Part shown: in pieces, positions 27,719-41,237 of the stretch
Layout: the number at the start of each line of letters is the position of its first letter
Position numbering within the stretch: the first letter of the stretch is position 1
NCBI GenBank assembly: GCA_964016885.1
Contig: OZ024740.1
Span: forward strand, 240,188,001 to 240,252,000
DNA length: 64,000 bases
Direction: 5' to 3'
Origin: Eledone cirrhosa
Taxonomy: Eukaryota
Made by a program: the position numbers and the translations under genes
The notes under the pieces: generated by a model
What the model was told of the DNA's origin: nothing
The model's database searches: none
The model's input: the letters and a program-made list of their open reading frames with translations, nothing else

Positions 27719-27748
27719 GACATGAATATAATTGAAGGCACTTCAAAT
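27307..27748. mobile_element. Fold-back element with hammerhead and thrice-copied 35-bp flank
   Basis: Nested hairpin centred near 27464; gacac-ctgatga-agcctg..cagcc-gaaacgtt-gtgtt at 27509-27554; 35-mer at 27307-27341 (+), 27647-27681 (-), 27714-27748 (+). Confidence 0.8.
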
Positions 27749-29169
27749 GAACATACAAATGAAATACAACATATAATAAGTCATGTTTTAGTAATCCCAA
27801 ATAATTCCCGGGTCAGTTAGTAGGGAAATAGATTGTTAGACACAGCAAACCGTTTTAAATCAGATAAATGAAAAGGGTTAGAGGTTCGGAAAAATCATTC
27901 TCACTTCTTCAAATATTAAATTTGAAAATGGTTGCAGTATCTTGAATATTCATTAAAACATCCTATTTCTAAATGCTCTATGTCATTTTACTACAAAATA
28001 CGCTTTAACTCATTGTTCTGTTTGATACCATCTTGTCTATTGTTGAAGAATATGGCCTTATATATATATTTCTATAGAGAGGTGGATTCTTTCTTCTTAA
28101 TAATGATTTCTTTATTATTATTCTAAAGCGCCACCAATAAAGGTTATGATTTGTCTTATATGAGAAAGGGTTTGAAGTACAATGCTTTATTTTACAAGCA
28201 TTGACGAAACACTCCAGCAAATATACTGATGTTTGAACTTTTACACAATACTTTAGATGATTAATTAATTATAAATATAGAACATAAGTAGCAACAATAT
28301 AAATATGACTGTTTTAAATATTGATATTAGTAAATTCGAACTCTCAGCTATTGATGTTGAAGGTGTTTTAAATAAATAAATCGTGTTTTTAAATGTGAGA
28401 ATTTTGCTTCTTTCAAAAAATATTGAAAATATTCCTTCAATAACTTCACTATTTTCCATCTATTCACCCCATCTGTGTGTATGTCATAGAGATGAATCAA
28501 TAGCCTAGAGTGAAAAACATTTAACTAGATAGAATACCAGGTTTTCTTTTAGTTCAAAAGAAACACTCTCAAGATGGATTGTTAGTTATATAGAAGGTTG
28601 AAGGTTGAAGGTATGTATCATATAAGTCATGAAAGTGTCGATTGATTGTGCTCAGCCACTTCTCTCTACTCGCTAACCACTTGACTATACCATACAACTG
28701 TCACAAATTCGGTCCCCAAAGTTGAAAAAACTGTTACAGATTCTTGTGTCATATGCGTAGATATATTGTTAGAAATGTGACTTAGTTATTTTACCAAATT
28801 TCCACGATTTCCGTTCATTTTATAACAAGAGATTATGTTTCGATAGCTTGCAGTAGTGAGTCACACAATGCTTCTTATAGGTTTAGGTCATGATAGTAGC
28901 ACACTCTCGTGCGTTTTGATGCCATGCCTGATGAACTGTTCGAAGTACCACCAGCAGTATTGTAAGTGACAGTTATAGTTTAATATAGAAAAGGGTTGTG
29001 CGATGCAGTAGCTTACATAAGATCAAAGCAGTTATAGTTATGTCTATACTCGCTTGGTGTATGTATATGAATGCGTATGTTATATAGATAGTGGTGTTGT
29101 GTTTGCGTATATAAATATATGTGTGTGTGTTGAATTAAATGGACCTCGGTCGGTTTTGTTGTTGTACGA

Positions 29170-29435
29170 TCAACGAAACAGCCTAATCATGAAATTCAAG
29201 TGTAAGTGGCTGAACACTTCACAGACACGTGTACCCTTAACGTAATTCTCAGGAAGATTCAGTATGACATAATGTGTGACAAAGCCAACCCTTTGAATTA
29301 CAGGTGCAGTTCATTTGACGGGCTTCCAAACAGTTTTCCTCTGTTCACTTTCACTCACAAGACACGGATCGAGTCGAGACTATAGTAAATGACACTTACA
29401 CAAAATGCCGCGCAGTGGGATTGAACTCAGAATCT
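29170..29435 (-). mobile_element. SINE family B (CORE-like), degenerate
   Basis: Minus strand gttcaatcccactgcgcggcatttt..taagtgtc; related decayed copies at 9630-9725 (+), 30205-30415 (-), 50070-50150 (+). Confidence 0.55.
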
Positions 29436-32400
29436 GGCCATGTTGTATTCACGTGTGTGCATACACACGCACGCACACATATACTGCACACACCTACACA
29501 CACGTACACACATACACATATATATGTATGTGTGTGTGTGAACGTATGTATGTACATAACTATAAATTTCCCTATCCCTCTCTGTATATGCGTACATATA
29601 TTGTTAAATATGTGACTTAATTATTTTACCAAATTTCAAAGATTTTCGTTCATTTTAAGGATATTATTTCTTTACTATATTATTAATTCGGTAGATAAAC
29701 TTCTCTGGGTTTCCATGTTTCATTTCTTTGATTTTCTCATTGATTACACTGGGCAACACAGTTTTTGCTGACTTGTATTTTAAATTTGTTTCCGACTAAT
29801 TTCAAATCGCATTGCTTTTTTCTCTATGACAATTTATTGTGCAACATAACCTTATTTTTAGAAACAATATCCCCAACCAAAATATTTTTGTAGATAAGAA
29901 GTTAAATATAGTCTTGAGTATATTTAAAGTGCTTATTCCAAATATATCATCATCAGTCATATCAGCTCTAGTTCTTGAGATACAATACTTTTTATATACT
30001 GATGTATCACCGTAGGATATTATGTTTTAATGGATTAGAATTTAGATCGATGTTTAGATCCCTGATTCTAAAACTACTATTAATATATTAAATGTTTTAA
30101 AACAATCACATGATTAAATCGGTTTATTTCAGCACAAAAACTGAAAGTAAGAAAAAAGGGTGTTTCGTGGCCAGCAGTCGCCCATGCATACAAGTCCCCA
30201 CTATCCGTGATACCGATATTGACTAAAGGAAATGCAAAATCCGATACAGAGCTTGACCCCAGTGTCATCGCAAGCCATTTTTTCCAGTTGATTGGACTGG
30301 AACAACGTGAAATAGAGTGTAATGCTCAAGGACACAATAGGCTACCTGTTCCGGAAATCGAGCTCACGACATTAAGATCGGGAGCCTAACACCCTAACCA
30401 TTAAAGTCATGCGCATTCTCCTGCTTTGACTACTTAAGCGTAACTTCCCTGGACTGATCACCTGAAAACGTAACGCAGATTTTTTTTATAGTTTCCAAAT
30501 AAGAAAGCTTACAAAATAAATATACTCTCAAAACAGGTCAAAATTCTAAGGGAACAAAATATAACGAACTACCATATAAAAGAGTAGAATGTATCTCCAA
30601 AACTTTAGAGGAAAAGTAATGACATTTGAAATAAGCTCCCCAAATATTATATACTCGTGAATAAATCCAACTTCCAATGAAATAGATATTTTTGTTAGCT
30701 AGTGTCATCAAACATGTTCCTTATGCATTTTACTTGCTTTAATTGGTTTCATTTGTTAATCAAGACTGGTATCTCCTGACATTATATTTTAGATAGAAAT
30801 TCGGTGTTAAAAGAGGAAAGCTTTACTTTATATAGTTTGTCAATTTACTGAAGACATGAGTTGTTTAAATAATCATCGGAGATTTATTTTAATGTTATTC
30901 TTAAGATTTGTTGAGCATGCTAATTCATAAACAATTTGGTAATTTGGTAAATGTTATTTAGACTATAACCCTAAAATGTCACAGAATATTGCATTCATAC
31001 ATTTGTAACATTCCTTCATTTGAAAATACATTATTAAAGATGTAAGGGAAGTATAGCTATCTAATACACTTACTACTATTATTTGAAGTGATGATATCCA
31101 GTCTGTAATCCAAATGAATGCCTCTTGTTAGTGGTTAGTCAAATGTGTTGAAATTGAAATCTGAACAAACGGAACGTTTTGCACTCTTTGGAAATAGACG
31201 AGGAGGTAGAACTTCTGACGACAAGCCTTGAAGAATTAATCTCAAATGAAATTCCTCAATTATTGCGTGTACAATTGAGAATATCTAATCGTTATATGGA
31301 ATTTATATTTTGCATATTTTGACTAGATTCCACAAAAATGCATATATTTCATATCCAACTGTTGATATTTATTTTGAACCCATTTGTTTAGATGCTGTGT
31401 TTTCCAAATATCTGTTTTCTTTTGTATATGAGAATTAATTCCGTGTTACTGGGGCTTTTTGTATTTTTATGTCTGGACAAATTAACCAATGAATTACAGA
31501 AATACTGCTTATCTATTCTATATCAATTACTGAGTGTCAAATGCTCCAATAAACCCGCTTAAATCATGGTTTATTTTAATTGGTAGATCTTCTTGATTCC
31601 ATTAGTTGATTGATAATATTTCCTAAAATTTAATCTAGATTAATGCATTTATATTTCCAGAAACATTTTATCAGAAGTAGTCTGATGCAAGTCCATGGTA
31701 GGGTGTTTACATTTTGAAAGATCTGCGATATTATTGACGAAAAATATGCGTATTTCAGACTAATTTCAGTCTTTTGAATTAGAATTTCTTGGTGTAAAAT
31801 TGATTTGTATCGATTGTCATATATTTGGTTTATATTTGTTTTGTGCCTGCTTTTTGTTTTTTACGTTTGATTTTCTTCCTATTTAAATAAGTTTGGAGAT
31901 CATTTCGTTCAAAAATGTATTTCCTATTTCCTTTATTTTTAGTTTCGTGCGCGTTAACTGGGTCACTGACTTCATGTATATGTTAGGCTGATGTAGATTA
32001 TCACTTTATGTGTGATTCACTATAACCAATGAATGTAGGAATAAGAATTGCTGTGAAACTCCAAATACAGATTTGGTATACTGAAAGCTTACAACTCCTC
32101 TTTTATAGTGCCAAACATTTAATCAACATGTTTGGGTTTCATAAAACAGCATTTATTGTTCATCTATTTTGTGAACATTAGTTGTCTTTTTTTGTTGTTG
32201 TATTCGTTTTGACAAAACACGAAGTCTCAAAATAGTTGATCGCTTTGTTATTATGTGTCACATTTGCCTTGTTTATACACTACAAAGTCCAGGGAATAAA
32301 ATAGTGGTAAATCCGTGTAAAATAAAGATTTGTGAGTTTAATTGAGCTCGTATTTTACTTAATAAACAAGGTTATCCGTTCGAAAAATCTTTCCATTTTG

Positions 32401-32783
32401 CTAGTGATATTATGCAATTACAAATGTTAACGCACACGTGGAGATAAATATATTTTTTATAACACTCTCTACAAGCGACGAAAACTAGCTGCGACATTTA
32501 CAAACATAGGCAACCAGAATTTGCAATGGAATGCGTTAGTGATTCTAAAATGTCTATCTCAACAAAACTAAAAGCAGCATTATACAGAAGGAATACTAAA
32601 ATAAAATAATAATCAAAAGAATGCCTTGTAATTAAACTATTTTTTTTATGTTATATATAACTCGTCACTCAAATTTGCTTCTGCGAATATTTTTATGGAA
32701 CTTTAAAAAAAATCTTAAACGGCGATAAAGCTTTTTACGTTTAATAAATTAGTAGAGACAATTAGGTGTAGATGTTTTAAGCC

Positions 32784-32829
<46 letters not shown>

Positions 32830-32865
32830 TATGTACATATATAATATAAGTATATATATATATAA

Positions 32866-32905
<40 letters not shown>

Positions 32906-32949
32906 CATATATATATAATAATTATATATATAATTACATATATATATAA

Positions 32950-32989
<40 letters not shown>

Positions 32990-33002
32990 CATATATATAT
33001 AA

Positions 33003-33046
<44 letters not shown>

Positions 33047-33089
33047 TTCCGCTTTGCTTCTTGTATGTGTAATTAAGTGTATATATATA

Positions 33090-33165
<76 letters not shown>

Positions 33166-33391
33166 CATCTTCAGGTTTTCTTGTATGAATAAAAGCGATT
33201 AAAATCCTGTACACTGGAATGCACATGCTAGTGTGGCGATTAAATGATTAAGAATATTTCTCATCCTTATTATAAATATTACTTTTTGAAAAAAATAATC
33301 TCGTGGCTTTTTTTATAAATAACATGTGATACCACTGTATGTATGTATATATGTATATATGTGTGTATATCTATATCTATATATATATGGG

Positions 33392-33422
<31 letters not shown>

Positions 33423-33581
33423 GTATGCATGTATATTCATATACATATTATCTATTTGTATATATATATAGAAGTGTGTGTGTATATATATATATACATA
33501 TATAAGTTTATATATATATATGTATATATATATAAGATAAAAACACTTGAGTGCATTAGAGTCAAACACACTCGTCGCATT

Positions 33582-33610
<29 letters not shown>

Positions 33611-33617
<7 letters not shown>

Positions 33618-34853
33618 ATAAACGTCCTGCGGGGTTGCTAATGGGTTACATAGGAATAAAGTTAGTCCTTCATCAGTGATCTTCCAACCATCATTGGTAT
33701 TTCATCGCTTTAAAGACCATATACCTCCGGTTGGTGCGAGCAACGGCTAAAAAAAGTCGTTGGGACACGTAAATAAAGGGGACACGAGTGTAAACAAACA
33801 AAAATGGTGAAGCAACGAAAAGTGAGGAAGAAGGAGTCAAGTCCCAAATTTCTATGAATTTAAATTCGGTGAAATCGTGAACGAGAGAGAATAAAGACCA
33901 TCAAACCTGCTTGGAATGTGAGCAAGGAAGGGATTCCGTACAGGTCTAACGGGAGGAAGAAGGGATCTAGTCTGCGAATTCGGTGAACGTAAGTTCTGTG
34001 AAATCGTAGACGAGAGAGAGAGAAAAAAAGCGACCTGCCAGACCAAGGGTGCGAAAGAAGGAGGAGGAGGAGAGGTAGTAACAGAGAATGAGTGAGTGAA
34101 GGGTGAGGAAGAGGCTAACAGAGAGAGTGACTGCTAGAGAGGGTAAAGATACAGAGAAAGAGGAAGCGGTAAGAACGAAATAGACGGGTAACAGCGGGGA
34201 AAAAAATAAGTGTAAATATGAGAATAAACGTGCTGCGGGGTTGCTAATGGGTTACATAGGAATAAAGTTAGTCCTTCATCAGTGATCTTCCAACCATTCG
34301 TTCTTACTGCTTCCTCTTTCTCTGTATCTTTACCCTCTCTAGCAGTCACTCTCTCTGTTAGCCTCTTCCTCACCCTTCACTCACTCATTCTCTGTTACTA
34401 CCTCTCCTCCTCCTCCTTCTTCCCGTTTGACCTGTGCGTAATTCTTTTCTTTCGCACCCTTGGTCTGGCAGGTCGCTTTTTTTCTCTCCCTCGTCTACGA
34501 TTTCACAGAACTTACGTTCACCGAATTCGCAAACTAGATCCCTTCTTCCTCCCGTTAGACCTGTACGGAATTCCTTCCTTGCTCACATTCCAACCAGGTT
34601 TGATGGTCTTTATTGTCTCTCGTTCACGATTTCACCGAATTTAAATTCATAGAAATTTGGGACTTGACTCCTTCTTCCTCACTTTTCGTTGCTTCACCAT
34701 TTTTGTTTGTTTACACTCGTGTCCCCTTTATTTACGTGTCCCAACGACTTTTTTAGCCGTTGCTCGCACCAACCGGAGGTATATAGTTTTTAAAGCGATG
34801 AAATACCAATGATGGTTGGAAGATCACTGATGAAGGACTAACTTTATTCCTAT
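33611..34853. mobile_element. Large fold-back PLE-type element (arms 33650-34179 / 34297-34853) with an internal direct repeat of its end
   Basis: Arms are near-identical reverse complements; the 33611-33690 segment is repeated directly at 34217-34297; ctgatgaagga half-core at 34827; (TA)n at both ends. Confidence 0.85.
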
Positions 34854-35156
34854 ATATATATATATATACACACACATTCATATATGTATATATATGTGTA
34901 TGAGAGAGAATGCATGTATGCCTGCAAGTGTGTGTGGTGGTATATATGCATGTAAGTATGCAATATAAAGTATGTTTTGATACATAATGCATATCTACAC
35001 ACAAATGTTCATGCAAGAGATATTCGCTAAAGTGGGAACTAATATTTGGGCATGTGTGTGTGGTTGTTTGTCTTCTCTTCTTTTTTGGTTTGTTTTTGTT
35101 CGGAAAAAGAAATTTGTTAGAGAAACAAAGATTAGTGAGTAGTTAAATCGGGTATT

Positions 35157-35441
35157 TTAGTCGGGGTGGCCCTTTTTAGACTTGCTCTTTCTGCTCCACC
35201 TTCTTTCTTTCTTATCCTTTTCGTCATCGCCATCTTTTTCCTTATCCTCTCCACTCTTGCACACTAACACCGGTACTGTGGCGTGGTGTACTATGTAATC
35301 GCTGACACTACCAAGGAATGCTCTTTTCAGCTTCCCCAAGCCACGAGTTCCAGTAATTATCACGGTGGCACATTCCTCTTCAGCAGCTTTACAGATGGCT
35401 TCGCCTGGTTTGCCGCTGATCTGACGTATAGTGGCGTCCAC
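35157..35441 (-). CDS. Universal stress protein (UspA domain), last coding exon
   Basis: VDATIRQISGKPGEAICKAAEEECATVIITGTRGLGKLKRAFLGSVSDYIVHHATVPVLVC contains the USP G-2x-G-9x-GS motif and PVLV strand; acceptor ctttctttag at 35442-35443; TAA at 35159-35157. Confidence 0.93.
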   Translation of the reverse strand: MDATIRQISGKPGEAICKAAEEECATVIITGTRGLGKLKRAFLGSVSDYIVHHATVPVLVCKSGEDKEKDGDDEKDKKERRWSRKSKSKKGHPD

Positions 35442-35581
35442 CTAAAGAAAGAAATGAAGCCCTTAATGAAACTGATTTGAAACGAAAATTATATAAATTA
35501 TATAAATTAAACAGAACTTGTCAATATAAAAATAATCCTGGGATCATAAAATGAGAAATATTAGGAGTAGGAAAAGATGAT

Positions 35582-35970
35582 TAATAATTGTTTCTACTTT
35601 AGGCACAAGGCCAGCAATTACCCAGTACATTACTGGTACTTTATTTTATCGACCCCGTAAGGATGAAAGGCAAAGTTAACGCAGACTGTAAAGGGACGTA
35701 ACTATGCTAGAAAGCATGGCGTCCAACCCTCTACCGATACTGCCAATTCACCGCATAATGATTTCTAGTATAGACACAAGGCCAGTAATTTGGAAGGAGG
35801 AGAAAGTCGATTAAATCGACCCCAGTACGTTACTGGTGCTTTATTTTATCGACCCCTTAAGGATGAAAGGCAAAGTAATCCTTGGCGGAATTTGAACTCA
35901 GACCGTAAAGGGACGTAACTCTATGCTGAAAAGCATGGTGTCCGACTCTCTACCGATACTGCCAATCCAC
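35582..35970 (-). mobile_element. Two tandem SINE family A copies (USP intron)
   Basis: Reverse-complement consensus; flanked by gatgattaataat-like repeats near 35576 and 35972. Confidence 0.88.
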
Positions 35971-36926
35971 AGATGATTAATAATAGAAGCTATCAACTCT
36001 GATATTGAGATTTACTAATTAATTCAGTTAATTACTTTCTTCTGTAAAAGGTGTTTTTTTTTTCTAGGAAGTAAAATATACAACAGGCTGGATTGACTAT
36101 TAATAGATCGATAATCTTTTTAATAAAATATTGTTTCATACAAGAATTAATTTCGGTAAAATTGAACATTTTGTATTCCTCGCTCAGTTATACAAATTCT
36201 AGCTAGCACCATCCACACAATCACTTTACAGAAAACCATAGCCAACTAACAATAGATTAAAACAACGTATTTCACATCATTGCCAACAACAGAAACGGGA
36301 AAACAATCTTGTCATGTTAGAAGTAGAATTTCTTACGAAACAACTTCCAATTCACAGTCCCTGCCATTGCAAGGAGAATATTTCTTAAACAAATAGACAC
36401 ACAAAAAGCACTCCACGAACACTGCCACACATACTCAGTATTTTATGTATCCCCTAAAATCCGTAAGATGGATGCAGTTGGTGCTTAGTTGAGCCTGCGT
36501 AAATTGTCGATGTGGGGAAGGAGGAATTCCAGACATTAGCACCTAAACGGTGAGGAATTTGGTAAAGTGTTTAAGATATAGTAGGGATTATGAAAAAAAC
36601 GACAGATGTGGCATTGTGGATAAGCTGTGCAACTAATTAGTTGAGACGTGCAGTGACCGTTGTTATAGCAATAGAAGAGGCAGAGAGAAGAAACTGTATC
36701 TTCCCCAGACAATAATTGCAGTGTGCTAGTGGATATTTTTTTCAATAAACCTAATCGTCTTCTTGTGTGTGTATGTGTGCGCGTATGAGTGTGCACGCAA
36801 CAACAGCCCCGTCTTATAATTGAGCAGTTTGCTTGAGATTTGTAGAAAGTTGCCTGTTGATCTGGATCTAATCAAGAAGGTTGCATGAAACCTCATGATT
36901 GCAATCGATGCGAACTACTTACATAC

Positions 36927-37224
36927 ATGGTGGCTGCCAACTCGTTTTCGAGTAGGGCCACTACTTTATATCCATGTAGGAGAACCCCTACCGATGCGCT
37001 GAACGAGTGTGACTTTTTAGTCAAGCCAGCGACTTGAAAAGTCTGGTACAAACACTACACCTGTGACAATTATTGACACATAGTGCTGGGCCCATGGTAC
37101 CATGTGACGACAAGTGCAGAGAGATCTCCAGATATAAAGCAATGCCTGTGCCTGATGCTTTTATAGTGAGCAAAGGCACTGCACAAAGCCAGTCCCACTC
37201 TCTTAACCAAGATGATATTTACCA
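36927..37224. mobile_element. About 300-bp dispersed repeat (retroposon-like, (TACA)-associated end); inverted copy at 53675-53973
   Basis: Near-identical reverse complement; the ORF track shows the same peptide VNIILVKRVGLALCSAFAHYKS in both copies. Confidence 0.85.
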
Positions 37225-37342
37225 AAAAGAAGAACAAGTCAACATCATTGGATACCATCAGAGTTGCAGTGTTATATCAGCGTTTTCCTTCTCCTAGAAT
37301 TCTGCCTTGACAAAGGCTAAGGGGTCATCTCTCCCGGTGATT

Positions 37343-38393
37343 TTGGATGGCCATTGACTCTTAAGAGCTCCTTTGCCCTTTGACGGGTTTTGTTTTTAGT
37401 CCTGCAGGATGTCCAAAGTCACCCTCCTCACCAAGAAACCTTGGTGGGGTTGCCAGTTTAGTCGCCAACGACCCGACCATGGGACAGGTTGTACTGGAAT
37501 ACATGTTACCAGTAGCACCAACTGGTGACCTGACATACATACATACATACATACATACATACATACATACATACATACATACATACATACATACATACAT
37601 GCATGAATGCATACATAGGCTGTTATCCGTTTAGGATCTAAGAAATTCCTGTGCGTGAATTTCATTATAGTGGACGTGACTTGCATACAATCGTGTCCAC
37701 GTTTCATACAAAACCAAATTTTCTACCAGGGTTTCCTTCTAGTACTCTTTATTACTCTTTTGGATGGCCGCTGACACTTATGAGTTCCTCCACCCTTTTA
37801 CGGGTTTCGTTTTTCCTCCCGCAGGATGTCCAAAAATACTCCTCCTCACCATGCTAGGTTGGTGGGGTTGCCATTGTAGTCGCCGACAACCCGACTATAC
37901 AACAGACTTACTGTGTTACATGTTACCGGTAGCACTCGAGAAAGACCTGACATACATACATACATGATGGCTGCCCCCTCGTTATCGAGCATGGCCATTG
38001 CATGATATAACATTATTAATAATTATTAATTAATTCTATCGTGCAATACCTGTGCGTGAAGATATTTTTTAAAGTGTGGAGGAAAGACTGTGCACTGAGC
38101 CAATCCCACTCTCTGAGCGACAGTAGAAGAAAAGATCAAAAGATCAACATCATCGGTAACTACTGAGCTGCAGGTTTTATATCGGAGTTATCCCAGTTTC
38201 CTGAGTTGCCTTCTCCTAGAAGAATGCCCTGATAAAGGCTAGGGGTCCTTCACTCCCAGTGGTTTAACCGCGCGGTACATGTGTATATACATATTTACAC
38301 ACTTTTGGATGGCCGTTGACGCTTATGAGTTCTTCCGCCCTTTTGTCAGGTTTTGTTTTTTGTCCTGTAGGGGTGTCCAAAATCACCCTCCTC
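37343..38393 (-). mobile_element. Three related modules (37343-37532, 37730-37950, 38304-38393), each followed on + by (CATA)n; putative 5' UTR of the R4/Dong-like element
   Basis: Shared ttttggatggcc..tgac...tcctgcaggatgtccaaa; the reverse complement of this module starts the element at 39133. Confidence 0.6.
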
Positions 38394-38447
38394 AATACAT
38401 ACATACATACATACATACATACATACATACATACATACATACATACA

Positions 38448-38478
<31 letters not shown>

Positions 38479-38500
38479 GCGGTGGTCGTCCGCACATTTA

Positions 38501-39050
38501 TGGGACAGGGAAAAGAAGGCATGCACAGTAGTGGAAATTAGCTGCCCAGCAGATGCCAATATAATATTAAAGATTAGCGAAAAGGAGAATATCTATGCAG
38601 AACTAATGAGAAATCTACAGATACACCACCCTGACTATACCTTCAGATTTATGCCCGTGGTTATTGGGGCACTGGGGTATGTTAGTAACTGCCTCAATAC
38701 AAATCTTAAGAAGCTTGGCTTTACAGAACAGAAACAGAAAAAACCCGACTAGTAGGACAAATACAAGTACAACCCATTCATTGAACAGTATAAATATGTA
38801 AAACATTCCAAAGATTCTGCATCTAATAACTGCATATACACTTGTACAAATACAAAGCATACAACTCAAAACATCCACATCCACACATACAATGACATCC
38901 ATACCTGCACACACATGCATGCATGCAGACATGCATACATATCTACTTAGTTGATGTTATGTAAATTCCAATGAGAGAGTCTTGTAACTATGTTAGAAAC
39001 CGACTCTCTCTCTATTGGTAAAAATTTGTGAAATGATAAAACCAGAAGAA
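38501..39050 (+). mobile_element. 5'-truncated R4/Dong-like RLE retrotransposon copy
   Basis: WDREKKACTVVEISCPADANI..K.SEKENIYAEL; high identity to 40010-40540; (CATA)n tail. Confidence 0.85.
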
Positions 39051-39132
39051 CATACATACATACATACATACATACATACATACATACATACATACATACA
39101 TACATACATACATACATACATACATACATACA

Positions 39133-40540
39133 TGGTGGGGAGGGTGATTTTTGGACATCCTGCGGGAGGAAAAACAAAACCCATAAAAGGGTGAAGGAAC
39201 TCATAATAGTCAGCGGCCATCCAAAAGAGTAATAAAGAGTACTAGAAGAAGGAAACTTCCACATCAACAGTGACATAGACCACCTTTACTTGAAACGTAA
39301 GCAGGGAGGCAGAGGCCTAACATCAGTCCAGACAGCATTTGAATGTCGCATCATATCCCTCCGACAACATCTACGAACCTCGAAGCGTAGGAGCCCGTCT
39401 CTCAAACAAGTCTATCTGCATGAAACAGATAAGATCATGAGAGTTGGGAAGGAACTCCTCGAGAGATATTCCCTGTGTGATAATCAAAAACTCACACCCA
39501 GGGAAGTCGCTCAGCAGTATCGCAGTGAATCCATAGATGAAAAACTGCATGCTTATCAGCAAAAAATGATGCATGGATATGTTGCCAGGAAGCTCCAGAA
39601 TGAGAGTAATATAACAACTGCTATATTGGCTCCCACTTTGAAGCATACGCTTTTGCAATCCAAGAACAGGAAATTAATACGAAATACATGATTCACAAAA
39701 GAGATAGCGATCCCAGGCAAAACACCTAGATGTTTTAATAAGTGCAGACTCTGCAGAATTAACATCCAATATGTCACCCATGTCATCAGCAGCTGTCCAA
39801 AGATGTCATCGCGGTACTATCTACCTATGAGGCATAATGTAGTGGCCAAAACACTGTACAATGCAATCCATAGAAAAGATAGCCCCGATAATAAACACAT
39901 TAAAAGCTACAGCAATGTGGAAGACATCCATGTACATAATATGAAAGAGTACTGGTGGAATGTTCCAGTAAAAGCCCCAATGAAATGCAGGCATAACAGA
40001 CCAGATATTATATGGGACAGGGAGAAGAAAGCATGCACAGTAGTGGAAATTGGCTGCCCAGCAGATGCCAATATAATATCAAAGATTAGCGAAAAGGAGA
40101 ATATTTATGCAGAACTGATGAGAAATCTGCAGATACTCCACCCTGATTACACCTTCAGATTTATGCCTGTGATTATCGGGGCACTGGGATATGTTAGTAA
40201 CTGCCTCAATACAAATCTTGAGAAGCTAGGCTTCACGGGAACAGAAAGAACACAACTAGTTAAGAAATTACAAGTATAATCCATGAACAGTAAAAATGGA
40301 ACAGTAAAAATATGTAAAACATTCCAAAGATTTTGCATCTAATAACTGCATATACACATGCACACATACAACTTAAAACATACACATCCACACATACAAT
40401 AACATGCATATCTGCACATGCATGCATACATAATCTACCTAGTTTATGTTGTGTAAATTCCAATGAGAGAGTCATGTGTCTATGTTAGAAACCGACTATC
40501 TCTCTATTGGTAAACATTTGTGAAATTATAAAACCAGAAG
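39133..40540 (+). mobile_element. Internally deleted R4/Dong-like non-LTR retrotransposon (post-RT region, CCHC knuckle, restriction-like endonuclease)
   Basis: LYLKRKQGGRGL, MHGY, CRLC...HVISSC, RHNVVAK, HNRPDII...VEIGCP motifs; frameshifted. Confidence 0.85.
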
Positions 40541-40799
40541 ATACATACATATGCGGTGGCCGTCCGCACATCAGTAGAAGAGATTTGCTGAGTTAGTGTA
40601 GCGTGGAGTTGTCAAACAGGCAGCAAATATAATCGCTTTATCAATGGGGATATTACTTGCTTACGCATGTTTATTTGAACAGTCGCTGGTGGGGAGATTC
40701 TACAAAGTTAGTAAATAGGCCTATTCAAACCGCTATTTCTTTTGAGGAATGTGATACAATAATAGGAAATATTCTGTAAAAGAAAATTGAATAACTTAC

Positions 40800-40885
40800 G
40801 CCATATAAGGACATTTTGTCAATAAATCCTTTCTCCAGTTCCAGCATCTGTTCTTCTCGTCCAAGTCTTACAGAAGCATCAGAAG
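40800..40885 (-). CDS. USP gene internal exon (86 bp; SDASVRLGREEQMLELEKGFIDKMSLYG)
   Basis: Acceptor tttttctatcag, donor gtaagt; phase 1 in and phase 0 out, matching both neighbouring exons with no stop. Confidence 0.82.
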
Positions 40886-41077
40886 CTGATAGAAAAATTA
40901 CATTTGTATTGATTTAATTTGAGAAAAAATTGCAACCAACGCAGATTCATTCAAATTTACTGCAAAATCACCAATAAAGAAAATAGATACAAAATGGGAT
41001 TCTTACAGAGAATATGTTTGACTATATATATATATACATATATATATATAAATTAAAGTATAGAAATTGTTGTGAGC

Positions 41078-41154
<77 letters not shown>

Positions 41155-41237
41155 AAAGTTCTATTTAAAATTGTTGGGATACAACAAGTAAATATTTTTA
41201 TAACTGATATAAAGCACTCGACAAGTATTTGGAGTAG

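Noticed and set aside
28750-29660. About 70-bp diverged direct repeat (28752-28822 / 29588-29658) as possible LTRs
   Set aside because: No TG..CA ends, PBS or PPT; the interior is a decayed SINE and unique sequence, so likely an old local duplication
34827-34853. Functional hammerhead in the 33611-34853 fold-back
   Set aside because: CUGAUGA is present but no stem II closure or GAAA follows in any of the three copies; at best a decayed core
37440-37532. HDV-like ribozyme in the putative R4/Dong 5' UTR module
   Set aside because: Local hairpins and a ctaa-actgg end are present, but I could not assemble the P1/P1.1 double pseudoknot by eye
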